The notes under the pieces are model-generated. The model ran no database searches, had not been told where the DNA came from, and saw only the letters and a list, made by a program, of their open reading frames with translations. Both the position numbers and the translations under genes were made by a program. From the NCBI GenBank assembly GCA_964252035.1, contig OZ176205.1: a stretch of 64,000 bases of DNA; one strand, 5' to 3'. This DNA is from Podarcis erhardii (Eukaryota). Shown here piece after piece: positions 1-13,761 of this stretch (position 1 is its first letter; each line of letters starts with the position of its first letter).

Positions 1-3000
1 ATCCTGACTACTGGCCACGCTGGCTGGGATAAAGTGATTTGAAGTCTAAACCACCGGAATTTCACCATGTTGAATAACTCTTTTTTTGGTTAATATAATT
101 TTATTTCAATTGAATTTGTTTTTTCCTTAACAACTGCAAGGTAGGCTAGGACTGAAACTGAGAACGGCTTGTCTAAACTCACTATTTTTATAATCTGTAG
201 CTCTTAGCAACTATCCTACATGATCTCCCACCTGAATGCAGTTTCATTACTGTCAGTCTTGATGGCACAGAATGATTGACACATGACAGGGGGGAAAGTG
301 TACAAGAAATCATATCAGTCTTTTTTGGGGGGTATTTAACAGAGTTTCTTTGCTTTTTTTAGTCCAGATTTAAATTTGTCTTAATTTTTAAAAACTTTTA
401 AATAAAATATTAATCTAGTGATGGGCCACTTCATTATTTAATGGAAAAAAACACTATAACACTGCATTGAAACAAAGCACAGAAAAAATAAGCCAGAGGA
501 CATTTTTAATCCATGCTTCCATTGCGTGGTTTTCTGCTGTGGTTTTGAATTTTAAACTGATGCGTAATTGAGTAAATAACAAAAATAAATCTCAACAGCC
601 TTTTACTACTGTATCTCAAATAATGTAACCGGAGTTAAACCAATAAATAAGAGGAGGGAAATAATAATAAAGACTTGTAGATTCCTTTCAAATCATGCCA
701 TTAATACTTTTCTGTTGGCAGCAGTTGCAGTGACGGATTCTTTTCCGTAAGAATTCAGTGCATGCAAGGTGCAATGCCCTTTAATGGGGCTTCTCTCGTG
801 TAGCATTCTGATAGTATTGATTTAAGCTTTGACTTACATTGCCTTCAGGAGTATTGCTGGCCATATATTTTCCACCCAACCTTAGGCTGAGATGCAGTGT
901 AGTAAATTGCCGCCAAGGCCAGAACCTTCAGATGACCGCATGCATGCTGATGAAGGACATCTGCCTTGATTGAAAATAAGTGGCCAGACACACATCTAAG
1001 AATAGTATGAATCAGCGTTGGGTTTAATATATATTTAAAAGAACTCTTGGAAAAAATAGCTTGGGGTTGCAGGTTAGTTCTGTGCCAAGCCTCATGGCTC
1101 CTGAAAGAATATATTAGCCCCAGAGCAAATCTCCATGGAAAAAATGAAATTTGGTACTAACATCTTAAAGGCAGAATTAACACTTTAAAAGGCCATGCTC
1201 CTTTCAGCCCATGTCATTATCAAGATATACCCTTCTCTCTTCCAAGCAGTCCTGCTCAAATCGGTTGTCTTGATTTATGTTCTGCTGCATTTAATATACT
1301 AAATGAGCATACGCTAAGCTTACAATAATGCCATTATTTATAATGGGAAAGCATTCTTTTTCACCATAACAACATCACTAATTATATTACATTATTGGTC
1401 ACTGTAGCCGCTAAATCAGATGTAAAGTGGATTTAGGGTTCCTGTACATGGGATCATGGAGCCATTTATCTCAGCCCTTTGCTGAGCAGACTTTTATTAA
1501 GCTATGATGACTGTTGAATAGGAAATGTAACCAAGATTATTTTTATTCAAATATAATTTAAATATTCATCAAAGAGGATTTATGCTTGAAACTGACAGAG
1601 ACTATTAACATCAAAAAATATAATTAACTGCACTGGGTATCATGAAGCAGAGTTAGTCAAATAGCCGAGAGGTCTAATTGCTCTAGAGTTTGCAAAGCAA
1701 TAGTTTATATATTATACGGTTGCTGTGGAATTAATAGTAATGTGGTTTCCTATGTGAGGCAATTTAAAGCTTTCTGTTAAGGTTCATTGCTCTGGAGGAA
1801 ATATGTTGAATATCATGTAGTAAACAGGACTGACACTTAAAAAAAACAGACATGAAAATGAGAACCTGTAAAGATTAAAAGGACAAGAAAATACTGAGGC
1901 CTTTAAGTCATCAAAGGAATTTTATTTTGTAGAGTTTATAGACCTAAGCATTAGGCAACACACAGCAACATTGTTTACCAAAAGAAGGGGGTGGAAGAGA
2001 GAAAACAAAAGAGAAAAGGGTTAACAAATTACATTAAATTAAATGCTCCTTGGGAAAACGATTGATGCAAAGTGATCTATCAAATGGGATGCAACACAGT
2101 CACTGATCTCTCAGATTGTGTTGATAAAAAAATACCGCGGCACACATACAATTGTCTCAAAGTTTTAATTTTAAACATCTTAACATTTTTGGCTCCATTA
2201 GGCCTTTGTAGCGGAGTGTGAGAAAGGGACACCTTTCCCATTGTGCTTCACAGGGTCTTTTTGTATTTGCCCAGCCTACCCAGCCCTGAATTAATCAGAT
2301 GTTGTAATGGCATTTTTGCATTACTGAAATTGCTGAAATGTGAGAGCTTAAGGGTCAAGGGGAAGAACAATAGCCCGATGTTAACAGAGCATCTGTTCTC
2401 CCTCCATTAATGAAGTTGCAGCTAATTGCCTAATAAATTGGTCATCATTACTCAAAAAGCCTAAATAACTCCAGACTTGAACACGACCCTTACGAATATG
2501 AAGCAGAACCTCATAGGCACAAAGTAGAGGAGGATCTTTACATCCCCACCCCTGCAAATCTGTTTGAAGAGAATGGAAAGGAAACTAAACCAGACCCAAC
2601 CAGACTTCCAGTTGCTCGTAAAAACCATGCCTGTGTTATCCATTATTTAACATGCTTACCCTGTTTATATCAGTGACATAAGAGTGTGTGCTAGTTTCTC
2701 CGAAGAGTACTGTCTTTGCCGCTTCATAGCACACTGTCTTGTACTCCCAGGCCTGCACATGGTGTTAGCAGATATTTAAAGCATTTCAGTCTAACATTTT
2801 ATAGGTCATGATGAACTGAGCCTATAAAGCAAGTTACTGCTAGGAAGTTAATGCAGTCTAAGAGTGTAACGTAGACTGAATGCTCTACTCAGTCAGTGTG
2901 TTTCAGCTTGCCGCAAGAACCATCAGTGGGGAATTAAAAATTACCCTCATATAAAGCTCTAATGGCAGATTGCTTGATAACATAACAATAGCCAGAACTA

Positions 3001-3524
3001 TTCTACAGATGGGTGTGCCTTAGATTTCTACTGTCACAAATTTCGGTTTCTTTTTAAAGTCTCGGTTTCTTTTTAAAATAAGGTCATTATAGGAACATGC
3101 ATATTTTCCCCCTGATTTACATACACAAATGCTCAGAACTTCGAAAGAAAGTCAAGGTGTTGATAATATTTATCAGAGATGTAGGATACGTGATTCGCTG
3201 GTCTATTACCTCTTTTTCATTATTCATTGTTCTCCCTTGGTGACCTTTACACCCAACTTCCACCCATTGAGTGATGGTTTGAAGGGGGAATCAGCTGTAC
3301 TCGTGGCGTTGACTCCTCTGTTATTGGGACTCCTGGTCACATTGAGGAGCCCCTTGTGAGTAGAGCCAAAGGTCTATTCAACTTGTGGAGGCCAGGGACA
3401 TGCCATAAATGCTACCATCTTTTTAATGGCATGGTCCCCTTTACTTGGGAAAGCATATAAGGCAGTCAGTCAGTCAGTGGATATTGCGATCCTGCGTCAA
3501 GCTTTTCTTAGGTTTGAGAAAGTA

Positions 3525-3859
3525 CAGTGGTGCCTCGCAAGACGAAAAGAATCCATTCCGCGAGTCTCTTCGTCTAGCGGTTTTTTCGTCTTGCGAAGCA
3601 AGCCCATTGACGGCTTAGCGGATTAGCGCTATTAGCGGTTTAGCAGCTTTTAGTGGCTTATCGGCTTATCGGATAAGCGGCTTAGCGGCTTAGAAAAAGG
3701 GGGGAAAGGAAAAAAACCCCACAGGAACTCGCAAGACATTTTCGTCTTGCGAAGCAAGCCCATAGGAAATTCGTTTTGCGAAGCACCTCCAAAACGGAAA
3801 ACTCTTTCGTCTAGTGAGTTTTCCGTCTTGCAAGGCATTCGTTTTGCGGGGCACCACTG
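3525..3859. mobile_element. Non-autonomous Tc1/mariner-pogo (Tigger-like) MITE, 335 bp
   Basis: TA at both flanks (3523-24, 3860-61). TIRs CAGTGGTGCCTCGCAAGACGAA and CAGTGGTGCCCCGCAAAACGAA (20/22). CpG-rich interior, no coding capacity. Family assignment is from recalled TIR type. Confidence 0.88.
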
Positions 3860-5198
3860 TATTGGGTTGGGTATGTGTGTAAGGCACTTTATTAAACAAA
3901 CATACTTTGCACTCCAATCAGTGTCCCTGAACATTCAAAACCTTTATATGGTGTAACAAAAAATCCTTTAATACTACGGTGCCAGCCTCCCCTCACTGGG
4001 TTCCTTATTCTTATTTCCAACTAGGGAAGGCAGGTACACCAGACTGGACTATATTTCATCTAACAGAGATGTATCCATTGTAAGTGTAAAACCACCCATA
4101 TTATTTTAGTAGTGGCTGTTGGTGCAAAGCTTATCTTTTAACCTTGCTCTTCCAGCATGGCTTTCTTGCTGTGATTTCTAGCTAGAGTGGGTAATGATGC
4201 TGAACATGTCTTTAATCTAGGCATTTTATGAACTCTGCAAAGCTATTGTTTCAGCATAAATCACAGCGCTGTCCTCAACCTTAGGGTTTATGTGAAGGAT
4301 TGTTCATATATGTGCAAAAATGAGGCTGGTTGGACTCATTTCTCTACATACCACACGCCCCTGCACATGTGATGTTTACTTTCAGGTAGTAAATTCTGTG
4401 ATACAAATATGTAGATCTGTAGGTAATTTCTCATTTCAAATGTATTAGTCTTCAGAGCACTGCCAGTATCACAGATAAGTTGAGGAGATGTCACTAACAC
4501 TATACACTTAGTGTTCTTTGATTATTTCTTCATCTTTGTGACTAAAGATCTCTCAATGTAGTTCTACATTTTAAGGATCACTTTGGAGAGTGCTCTGTAA
4601 GACTAAATACATAGGAGGTAGCGTTCCGTTATCATGAATGCCATCAGAAATGCCTTGTTGCCTCTCTTATCAGCCACTTCCTGCTGTCAACCAGTGCGTA
4701 TTTCAATAGGGAAGGATTTGCTTCCAATGTAATGCAGCATAATGTCTAACACGGAGTTTTTAATTGTGCAAACACACGAAGCCTTTGCAGTGGTAGGCAA
4801 TTTGATAAAAGGATTAGATTATGAATATTTCCAACTTGATTAGAGATAGCTTGGAGCTGATCAATGTGAGTCAATGAATCTCCTCAAATCTCTTACGTTT
4901 CTCGCACATCTGAACTTGCTTGTGGAGTGGGGAGGGGGCTTTTTCCAGCAATATTAATTATAATACAAACCTGCCATTCATTGTGAAGGAGTCAGGTAGA
5001 TTCTTGCAGAACACAGTCAAAGAAGTAATGTACCTAATCCGTGCAAGATTAAGCCTTTTTAGTTCCAAAAAAATTTAATGATTTTTCAGAGGAAGTGTTA
5101 TAACTCAGAAGCTTTTACAAACTTTCAAGATGCTAATTGTACCCAGACATCGCCATGGCTGGTGAATAACTGTTCCTTTGTGGCATCCAGGCTTTCTC

Positions 5199-5214
5199 AA
5201 GAAAGAAAGAAGGA

Positions 5215-5254
<40 letters not shown>

Positions 5255-5256
5255 AA
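5199..5256. repeat. (GAAA)n microsatellite
   Basis: Directly visible, one interruption. Confidence 0.97.
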
Positions 5257-7142
5257 CTTGGACAACAACGCAGCACTTGTAGCACAAACTTTAGAGATAC
5301 ATTTTAATAGAAAATGACACCACTGGTACTGACTTGATTAAAGATCCTTCCAAGGTCACAACACTTCTGTCGCAAGTTTTAAGCCACATGGGGGGGAAAG
5401 GGATAGGGATATCGGAAGATCAACTCAAAAGTCTTTTCATTTACTTATTAGTCTCCAGTTTGAGATTTGTACGGTACTTTTTAAATCCATAAATGGAAAG
5501 CTAAAGGTTATGGGCAGGGGAGAGATTCGGACTGGTCTCAGATTGCAATCTTAATCAGGACAAGAAAGAGGAAAAGAACAAAAGGAAAGTAATCTGGATC
5601 ATTTGGGAATGGCTTGAAATTAGCCAGTTATATTGGCTTCTTTTAGTGTTTCGCTGTATGTTGGACTGTGCCATTATACGCCGTAAATATAATGCAAACA
5701 CAGATCGCATTGACAACAAAGGAGGATATCTGTGTTCCCTCCATTCATGGGGTAACTTTAAAAAAGAAAGAAAGAAATGTATTTACTCTTAAGAACCAAC
5801 TTATTCTGCACACAAAGGTTTGTGTGTTGACTCCCCCCCCCCCCCTCATTTGCATCATTAGTGACTGAAATACTCAGAGAGTGTAATTAATGGGCTAAGA
5901 GGGTCATTTAGGCAAACCCAGAGCCATGAGGGTGAAATATTTTTCTCCATGGAAAGATCTTTAAGGAATAAATAATTGCACGCACCAGAGGTTTGCGATG
6001 GCCAATCTAAATGCGAGCGTGCAATTAGGAAGAGCGTGGCTCAAGAAGCAAAATGCTTGCCACTATCCGCATATCATGTGACTAATTAAATATTTAAAAG
6101 TCCATCCCTACCCTTCTTCATCCCTTGCTCCCCAAAAGAAAAAATATCATGCCACAAATAGACTGGTACCTTTTGCAGATAATTAATAAGTTTTGGAAGG
6201 AGGGTGCAGATTCCGATAGCCTCCAAGGTTCTTACAAGGTCATGTCTTATTATGCTGCATCTTCTATATGTCCTGGTAACAACTTTCTTGCTAATTTAAA
6301 TCTTAACTAGGACATCCCATAGCGATTTCCCATTTCCCTTGTCAAAATGGAAAGTGATTGTTTCTGTATGCAAAAACTGCAGTAGGTGAACGTTTTCATA
6401 AGTAATTGGTCCTAATTGACACTGGCCCCAATATATAGAGATACATTGTAATTATACCACAAGAAGTTTGGAAACTGTAGGCATCCTGTAAATGCTTAAA
6501 TAAATAAGTGTGCACACACATTTATTCGCTGTATGTATCTGCAATAATGTTTCCCCTGCATTATGTTGAGACATGATGACCCTTTGAAATTAAGAGAGCC
6601 TCAGTGGTCTGCTTCGTAAATAAATATGTCTTATTTTGCTCCTAAAATGAAGCCACTTTTATGTTGAATGTGCAATTCTGCAAACGAGAAAGTTGGGTTG
6701 GATTAATAAGACTCTGAGTGAGTCAGGCCTAATTTGCATTAAACTGACCCAAAGGTCTTGTAAAATTGCTCAGAATTATCAAGGCTTCTAACATATCAGA
6801 GGTTTTATTAACAAATTACTGATGTTATATTTTTTAAAAAAATATGCTTATTTTGCTAATTAAAGGAGCTTTCAAAGGCAGTTTTAAATTGTATTTAAAA
6901 TCTATGCAAATTATGTTATATAAAGAAAATACATCCCACATATTGTTGTTTGTGTACACGCTTGCAGAAGTTGTTATTGGGGTATCACATTAAAACTAGA
7001 AAGCGGTAAAAACATTCTGACATGGTAAAACATGTAACCCTTTTGTGGACATTTCAAATAAAATAATTAGTGGCATACAAGTGTTTACTACCAAATCTAC
7101 TGGGTCTTTATTTTATGCCAGTTGTGAGCACACCTTATGGAA

Positions 7143-7490
7143 GTAAAGGTAAAGGACCCCTGACAGTTAAGTCCAGTCGCAAACAACTCTGGGATTGCGG
7201 CGCTCATCTCACTTTACAAGCTGAGGGAGCCGGCGTTTATCTGCAGACAGTTTTTTCTGAGTCATGTGGCCAGCATGACTAAGCTGCTTCTGGCACAACA
7301 GAACACCGAAACCAGAGCGGCACACGGAAACACCGTTTACCTCCCTGCCGGAGAAGTACCTATTTATCTACTTGCACTGGTGTGTTTTCGAATTGCTAGG
7401 TTGGCAGGAGCAGGAACCGAAAAATGGGAGCTCACCCTGTTGCGGGGATTCGAACTGCCGACCTTCTGATCGGCAAGCCCAAGAGGCTCA
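7143..7490 (-). mobile_element. Sauria-type (Squam1) tRNA-derived SINE, nearly full length
   Basis: The + strand begins aaaggtaaaggacccctgac (reverse complement of the ACCTTT tail), has the gtcatgtggccagcatgact core, and ends with the reverse complement of a tRNA-like head (gattcgaactgccgaccttctgatcggcaagcccaagaggctca). Confidence 0.88.
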
Positions 7491-7584
7491 ACCACAGATC
7501 TACCTGGGTCCACCTTATGGACGTATGGTGTACTAATTTCAGTGGGACATGCCTTTACATCAGATTTATCTAAGTTGCTGTAGT

Positions 7585-7692
7585 CCAGATGTTCTGGACT
7601 ACAACTCCCTTTTATCACTGACCATTGGTTAAAATGGTTGGGGCTAATGGGAGTTGTAGTCTGAAATGTGTAAAGGGCACCAGTTTGAAAGG
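7585..7692. mobile_element. Degenerate palindromic hAT-like MITE (gactacaactccc...gggagttgtagtc family)
   Basis: Internal inverted repeat gactacaactccc / gggagttgtagtc; same family as 36513..36644. Confidence 0.6.
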
Positions 7693-7740
7693 ATACATAG
7701 GTTACCCACTGTCACTTCATGTACTACTTTGTTTCCAGTG

Positions 7741-7778
7741 TTTTGTTTTGTTTTGTTTTGTTTTGTTTTGTTTTGTTT
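7741..7778. repeat. (TTTTG)n microsatellite
   Basis: Directly visible. Confidence 0.96.
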
Positions 7779-8632
7779 ACAATTGTTGGATGTATTTGTT
7801 CTCTTTGCTTTATATCTTTATTGTTTTGCCCATATTGATATATTAATGGATTGGTGGATTTAGTAAGCTGTAACAGGCAGTTGTTGCATGTCCGGCATAT
7901 CACATCACTAGATGGGAAGCGCATGTCATTCCTTTCACAGTGGAACCTGAAGGTGGCTTTATGCACTAAGTAATATTTGGTGGATTGTGTCCATTGGGTT
8001 CCATTTGCATTCATTGGATTCATATAGATGCAGAATTAAATTAAGTTATTTACTTTCAAATTAATTTGAATCCCTTGATTGATTTTACAGAACTAACCAA
8101 ATAGAAGATACCGTAGTTGTATTTTTTTATTTGTATTGCATTTAAAAATAACTGCCACAAGCATTACTTATTACATTAATTGTGACAAATGGGATCATTA
8201 CTGTGAAACACCTTCTCTGCCATATTAATTGTGCCACATTTAGCTTCCTAATGTTATGTTTATTTAGTAATTAATAAGATTCAACAAATCATTAGTTATT
8301 AAACATTTAAGGAAAACTGCATCCGCATTTCTCCTGCAGTGTTAAAGTTGCTGGCTTATGCACAGGCCCTGCTGTCTTCGCTGCTACTCCATGTGCATCT
8401 CTCTTTTTCTGTGTGAGTGCACAAGTGCTTGGTTTCTTACATATATGTGTATTATGGTTGCCACCTTTGGTTAGGCAAAATACAGAACAGGTCAGGGTGG
8501 ATTGGGGGGGTGTCCCTAAAAATTACTTTATCAGGTGCAGAAATGACTTCAAAGCAATCCATTACAGTGACACACTGGGATTATAGTGGTTTATTCAATG
8601 AAAAAAAACAACAACCCAGGCCTGCATACAAT

Positions 8633-8646
8633 TGTGCGTGTGTGTG

Positions 8647-8679
<33 letters not shown>
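8633..8679. repeat. Alternating purine/pyrimidine tract ending in (CA)13
   Basis: tgtgcgtgtgtgtgcgcgcg(ca)13 visible. Confidence 0.95.
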
Positions 8680-8983
8680 TGTCTGACTCCGAGTCTCCGT
8701 CTCCGACCCCCCTGCTTCTGCCTGCACAAAAACTCTCCCCCTCACTCTCCGATCCACCCATTGCCCTCCACAGCCTGTTCAAAGCCCGAGATGCCCGAGA
8801 TTGCCCATGCACTGCAAACCACATTTCTCGCTCTCCGCAAGCCATCCTCTGCCCATGCAGAAACTCTCTCACATGTATTGCCAATTTAATGGCAGTATAA
8901 TGGACAGGTTAGGCTGGATCACGCTGCATTAGTCTGGCTACTGAAAGCAGAGTTTGCTGTTTATCTACCACTGCCATCTCTTC

Positions 8984-8985
<2 letters not shown>

Positions 8986-9019
<34 letters not shown>
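8986..9019. repeat. (GT)17 microsatellite
   Basis: Directly visible. Confidence 0.97.
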
Positions 9020-9021
<2 letters not shown>

Positions 9022-10812
9022 TCTGACCACTCCAGTGTTCAGTTTTCCTCTCCATATCCAGTACTACATCTAGCTCCTCTATGCATGCCAGGCTTGTCAT
9101 GCTATACCAAACCTTTCATTTTAATCTTGGAGTATTTGTTCAAGACCATAGATTTTGCATTTTTAATCTTCCCTAGAACAGTGGTGAATAATGGCCCCTG
9201 GCAGGAGATAATGAAATTTTCTTAATTTATATTTTTAAAGCAGAAGCCTCAATTGAAAATGGCATCCTATGGCCCGGAGACATAGCTCTAGTGCAAGTTT
9301 CAGGGGAGCTGTAATAATAACGCAGTGCCAATGGTGACGGGGAATGATAGGACAGTGAAGAAGTAATTTAAGGAAGAAAAGGGAATGTACCAAAGCTTTA
9401 TTGTAGCATATCTAATGATCTGCTGAAGATCCCCAATGGCTTTTGGAGCATGACAGGAGAAACTAATGTTATCTTGCCAAAACAGAAGCCTCTGCTTAAT
9501 CAGCAGAGCAAGACTATTGATTAAAACACCTCACACAAATAGATTACACATGGAATCTCATCTCCATACTTTTCACTTGGTAAAGTGTAATAATGAGCAT
9601 AAGATAATCAAAAGAAGAGCTAAAGCAATTTGTTGGGAATTGTACAAGTCAAGATTACAGCGGGAACGCAAACAAATTAGAATGAGAACAAGGACTGCTT
9701 TTAAAGCCAAGCACACGAGGACAAACTTGCACAGTACACAGGGATAAACATGGAGTGGGCCCATGTAACAGCAGTTAGGAAAATGAAAAATTGCCTCATG
9801 CATTGGTTCGACTCCCTCACTCCCCCCTTCTCTTTATCTGATGTGCAAAAAACCACAGGCCTGCTTTTGCCCAATCAGTCAAATGAGGTGAGCCAAGTTC
9901 ACCATCTCTCTGGAGCTGTTAATTAGCTGGCCACGTTTGATTTCAGATTCCCTCAGTGTCGCTATACATATTGGAAAGATGTAAAAAGAATTGCAAATTC
10001 TAAAACACAAACACACACACACACACCCTCACATTTGTGGTCTTACATTATCTCTTCAATAGAATGCTATCTGACAGTGAATACTGTCATAAAAGCACAG
10101 GCATATTCCTGCATTCTCCTCACAAGTGGGAGGTGGGCAGAAAGAGAGGTCTGTATGCAGACATGCCTATCTCTCTTTTTTTCCATATAAGTGGCAATTT
10201 ACATGCCCCTTCCTCTACTTCGCTCCTCAAATAGCCATATACATATATCTCAGAAGCACAGGAATTTTAAGTGCAACAATTACAGCTTTTGACAGAATCA
10301 GTTAATTAGCCTTCTAAAATGAAGGACTGTTAATTGTGGGCTGTATTACTCTGGAATAAAAGCTGGTACTTAGAATAAGGGACAGCCGGCCACCCTATCC
10401 AACACATGCACACACTGCAAGAATCTCTACATTGTCCCACTGAAGAAGAAAAAGAAAAAAGGAACTTTACCACAGATGAACGATATGTGCTGGTTTATTA
10501 TAACTTGCCAGTGGCTGTTATCTACCTGTTCACTTTCGGATCATAGCCAATTATATGCTGCATTCATGCCGTCCAAAATAAAGTCCTATTAAGCTTCCAC
10601 CAAGATGTTTCTTTGCCAAAATAAATCACAAATATGACCTTTAGTATATCATTTGACAAACAACAGTCCTACTAACGCAAGTGCTTTTGGCGGCAAAATG
10701 GAATCTCTCCCCCCCTCCTTTTTCCACACGGCCCTTAAATCTGCTCTAGAGAATTGTGAGGAAACCCGGTCAATATTTAGGGAGATGTGGTGAGCAATAT
10801 GATGAACACAAG

Positions 10813-11102
10813 TAAGGGTAAGGTAAAGGACCCCTGGATGGTTAAGTCCAGTCAAAGGTGACTACGGGGTGCAGAGCTCATCTTGCTTCAGGCCAAGGGA
10901 GCAGGCATTTGTCCACAGACAGCTTTCTGGGTTATGTGGCCAGCATGACTAAACTGCTACTGGCACAACGGGACACCATGACTGAAGCCAGAGCACATGG
11001 AAACGCCGTTTACCTTCCTGCCCCAATGGTACCTACCGGTATTTATCTACTCACCCCATTGCATAGATTGGAACCGCTGACCTTCTGATCAGCAAGCCCA
11101 AG
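10813..11102 (-). mobile_element. Sauria-type SINE with an internal deletion
   Basis: Colinear with 7143..7490 (aggtaaaggacccctg...gtggccagcatgact...gaccttctgatcagcaagcccaaga). Lacks about 65 bp between tatctac and tcacccc. Confidence 0.87.
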
Positions 11103-12856
11103 ACCATAGCAACCGTTCTGCTGAATCCAGTCGCACAATGACTTCGTTGGATACAGCCCTTTGTTTCAAATTGTAATTTAATCTGTTTGTTGATTTCAGT
11201 GTTGATTTAGTTGCCTTGAATACGATTTAACCATAAAACAGAGATTTAAATGTAGATTCAAATTAGTTCCACATTTCCCATTATTCATTCATTTTATTAT
11301 TTATCACAGGGGTTTATGTCCCAGGCTTTGGTAGAAATTCCTTGGGCAGCTGGCAATTGTTTTGTGGGTTTCTTTTTACTCACAAGGCATGCAAATGTTC
11401 AAAATTAGGCACACATATCCTGTTCCCAGTTAAGATATGTATTTTATACAAATTAACACATACTAGCAACCAGTATACACAGTTAAAAAATTCATATGCA
11501 GGCTATGAAATAAGTACATTGGCTACTGAGTGTGTTCAGTGTATGAGATACTGTGGCATTTTCATTCTCACGAAAGTATCATTTCAGAGCTGTAAAGCTG
11601 AAGTATACACAACTATAATGCTGTCATTGGTAATTTTCTGCAGGATGTTGTCTAAAAATACTGAGAAAAATAGAAGTGGACAGTCCGCAGGCAGCTACTG
11701 CTACCAATGACAGCTATTTGTCAGCTCCAGCTAGTCAGTCTTTTTTTTTTTTTTTTTAATGCAAAGTCAAATTATGTGATCTACTTGAATCACACATATC
11801 TTCACATTTCACATCATGTATTCTGCTCTTGCATAAAAGGACAAGTTACCACAGAGTTACCCTTTGCCCACTGGAAGCCTTGTTGAGCCATTGTTCTGAG
11901 TGCTGAGATTTCATCACCCATTCCCTAGCCACTTTCAAGCATTTATATAGTGTCATAAAGGCTGGCAACTTGCTTTAAAAAGCAGCAGCAGCTGGCAGTT
12001 GCAGGAAGCTGAATTCTATGTCCAGTAATGCAGTTATTTCTGCACTTGTGAGGAATCTCAAAATACACAATAGTTTCAGTTGCAATAGTTAGGACAGAAC
12101 CGACAGCCATCAGCATTATTGCAAAAGGGAAAGGAAAGAAAAAAAAAGATCAGAAGTTTTCTGCTCAGCCTGAGACTTGGTTCCCATGATCTTATCTGTT
12201 GTGCATGAAACCTGGGTCCTTCCCATTGCTGTTGACATTTCCTGAATGTTTCTTCCAAAGCTACCAACCAAAAATTCAAGTAGATTCATGATTTATTTGC
12301 TGGAAGGACAACTCAAGTTGTACTATTGGGCTGTCTTTAATATTCTTCCAGCTGCGTGAACTGAAATCTCAGCTTGATCTTGCACCTGTTGGCCGGGGAC
12401 AGATGTCAGGGGTTCCCTGACACAAGACAGATCTCTTCAACTTGTGCAAGGGGTATTCAGTAGTGTGGGAAGTGCTAGTAGCACAAGGATTGATGTACGG
12501 CTGGAGTCAAAGGCTAGACTATTATTTTAAGACCTGGCTTCCTTTCCTTCACTTTACTGACAAACAGAACTCACCCAGGAGATCAGCCAAGCTTCCCTTG
12601 TTTTTAGTCACCAAACTGTTTCTGACCTTTTATTTTCCTCCTTCCTTTGCTTTCAGAGAAAAAAAGGCTGAAAGTCATTTTCTTTCAACCCCTTTTTTGG
12701 TTTTGACTAGTGCTGCTTGAGCCAGATCAAAATCAATCCATTTTAAAGTACCAAGCCGTAAAATACAAATCCCGTCTTAATATATTTGTTTGCAAAGTGC
12801 CAAACTGTACAAATCAGTAGCTTTCACTATGAAAAATTGATTGTCAACTTTTCTAA

Positions 12857-13005
12857 NNNNNNNNNNNNNNNNNNNNNNNNNNNNNNNNNNNNNNNNNNNN
12901 NNNNNNNNNNNNNNNNNNNNNNNNNNNNNNNNNNNNNNNNNNNNNNNNNNNNNNNNNNNNNNNNNNNNNNNNNNNNNNNNNNNNNNNNNNNNNNNNNNNN
13001 NNNNN
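12857..13005. other. Assembly gap (149 N)
   Basis: Run of N characters. Confidence 1.
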
Positions 13006-13651
13006 CTGTAATTGTAGACACACTTACTTGGGAGTAAGTTTTGTTGAACACCATGAAAGTTACTTGTGATAGCAAATATGCATAGAATTGTACTACTCTG
13101 CCCAGCATGAGCAATTAACTCATTAAAATCAATGAAACTTGAAAAGTGCTTAATTTGGGCTGGATGAAGCCCTTTTGTTTTACTGTAATTTATAGCAAGA
13201 AGCATTATTTTCTTACAAAGGTTTATGATAACTTACCTAGGAATACATTCCATTGAACTTGGTGGGGCTTACATCTGAATAGGTATGTTTAGGATTTTTA
13301 ATGTCCCCACCATGATGGGTTATATTTTGTTAATTAGATTTGTTACATTGTTTTAGGATTCTTGTAAGGTACCCTGCGAGTTGCCAGAATGCAGGGAGGG
13401 GTTATAGCAGAATCCAAGATAATTAAAATAAGCCTTTAGCCTTTACTGTCTGAAATTACTTCTGGTTCCGATTACTGAAAGTTCTGCAAAATTATTATGA
13501 GTTTGAACTAAAAATACATCTAGCCCACAACCTCTTTGTGGTCTAATTCAAATGCAGTGCTGCCTGATTCCTTAGCTATGGTTGCCGCGAACTTTGTAAA
13601 TTAATTCTGATTTTGTAATTAACACACATCCTTCTCCTTCTCCTGCCCCAG

Positions 13652-13761
13652 GTGCAACAACAGAACACAGTGTATAGTAGTTACCGGGTCAGATGTGTTT
13701 CCTGATCCTTGTCCTGGAACATACAAATACCTCGAAGTACAATATGAATGTGTCCCTTACA
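13652..13761 (+). CDS. ADGRL2: ADGRL2 exon, C-terminal half of the rhamnose-binding lectin (RBL/SUEL) domain: (R)[36 protein letters not shown]
   Basis: Acceptor tcctgccccag|G, donor TACA|gtaagt, 110 nt, phase 2 to 1. Missed by the ORF track; translated manually. Contains the latrophilin [12 protein letters not shown] motif. Confidence 0.97.

Noticed and set aside
678-705. DSFQIM resembling the DAFKIM end of the preceding lectin exon
   Set aside because: No upstream Cys/lectin motifs in frame and no donor at the expected position; that exon is probably upstream of the window.
3043-3077. Short tandem duplications (tcggtttctttttaaa x2; similar ones near 19225 and 26128)
   Set aside because: Ordinary slippage events with no sign of function.
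5078-9225. ORFs with KERK, HTHT, CVCV or FVLFC runs
   Set aside because: Translations of microsatellites.
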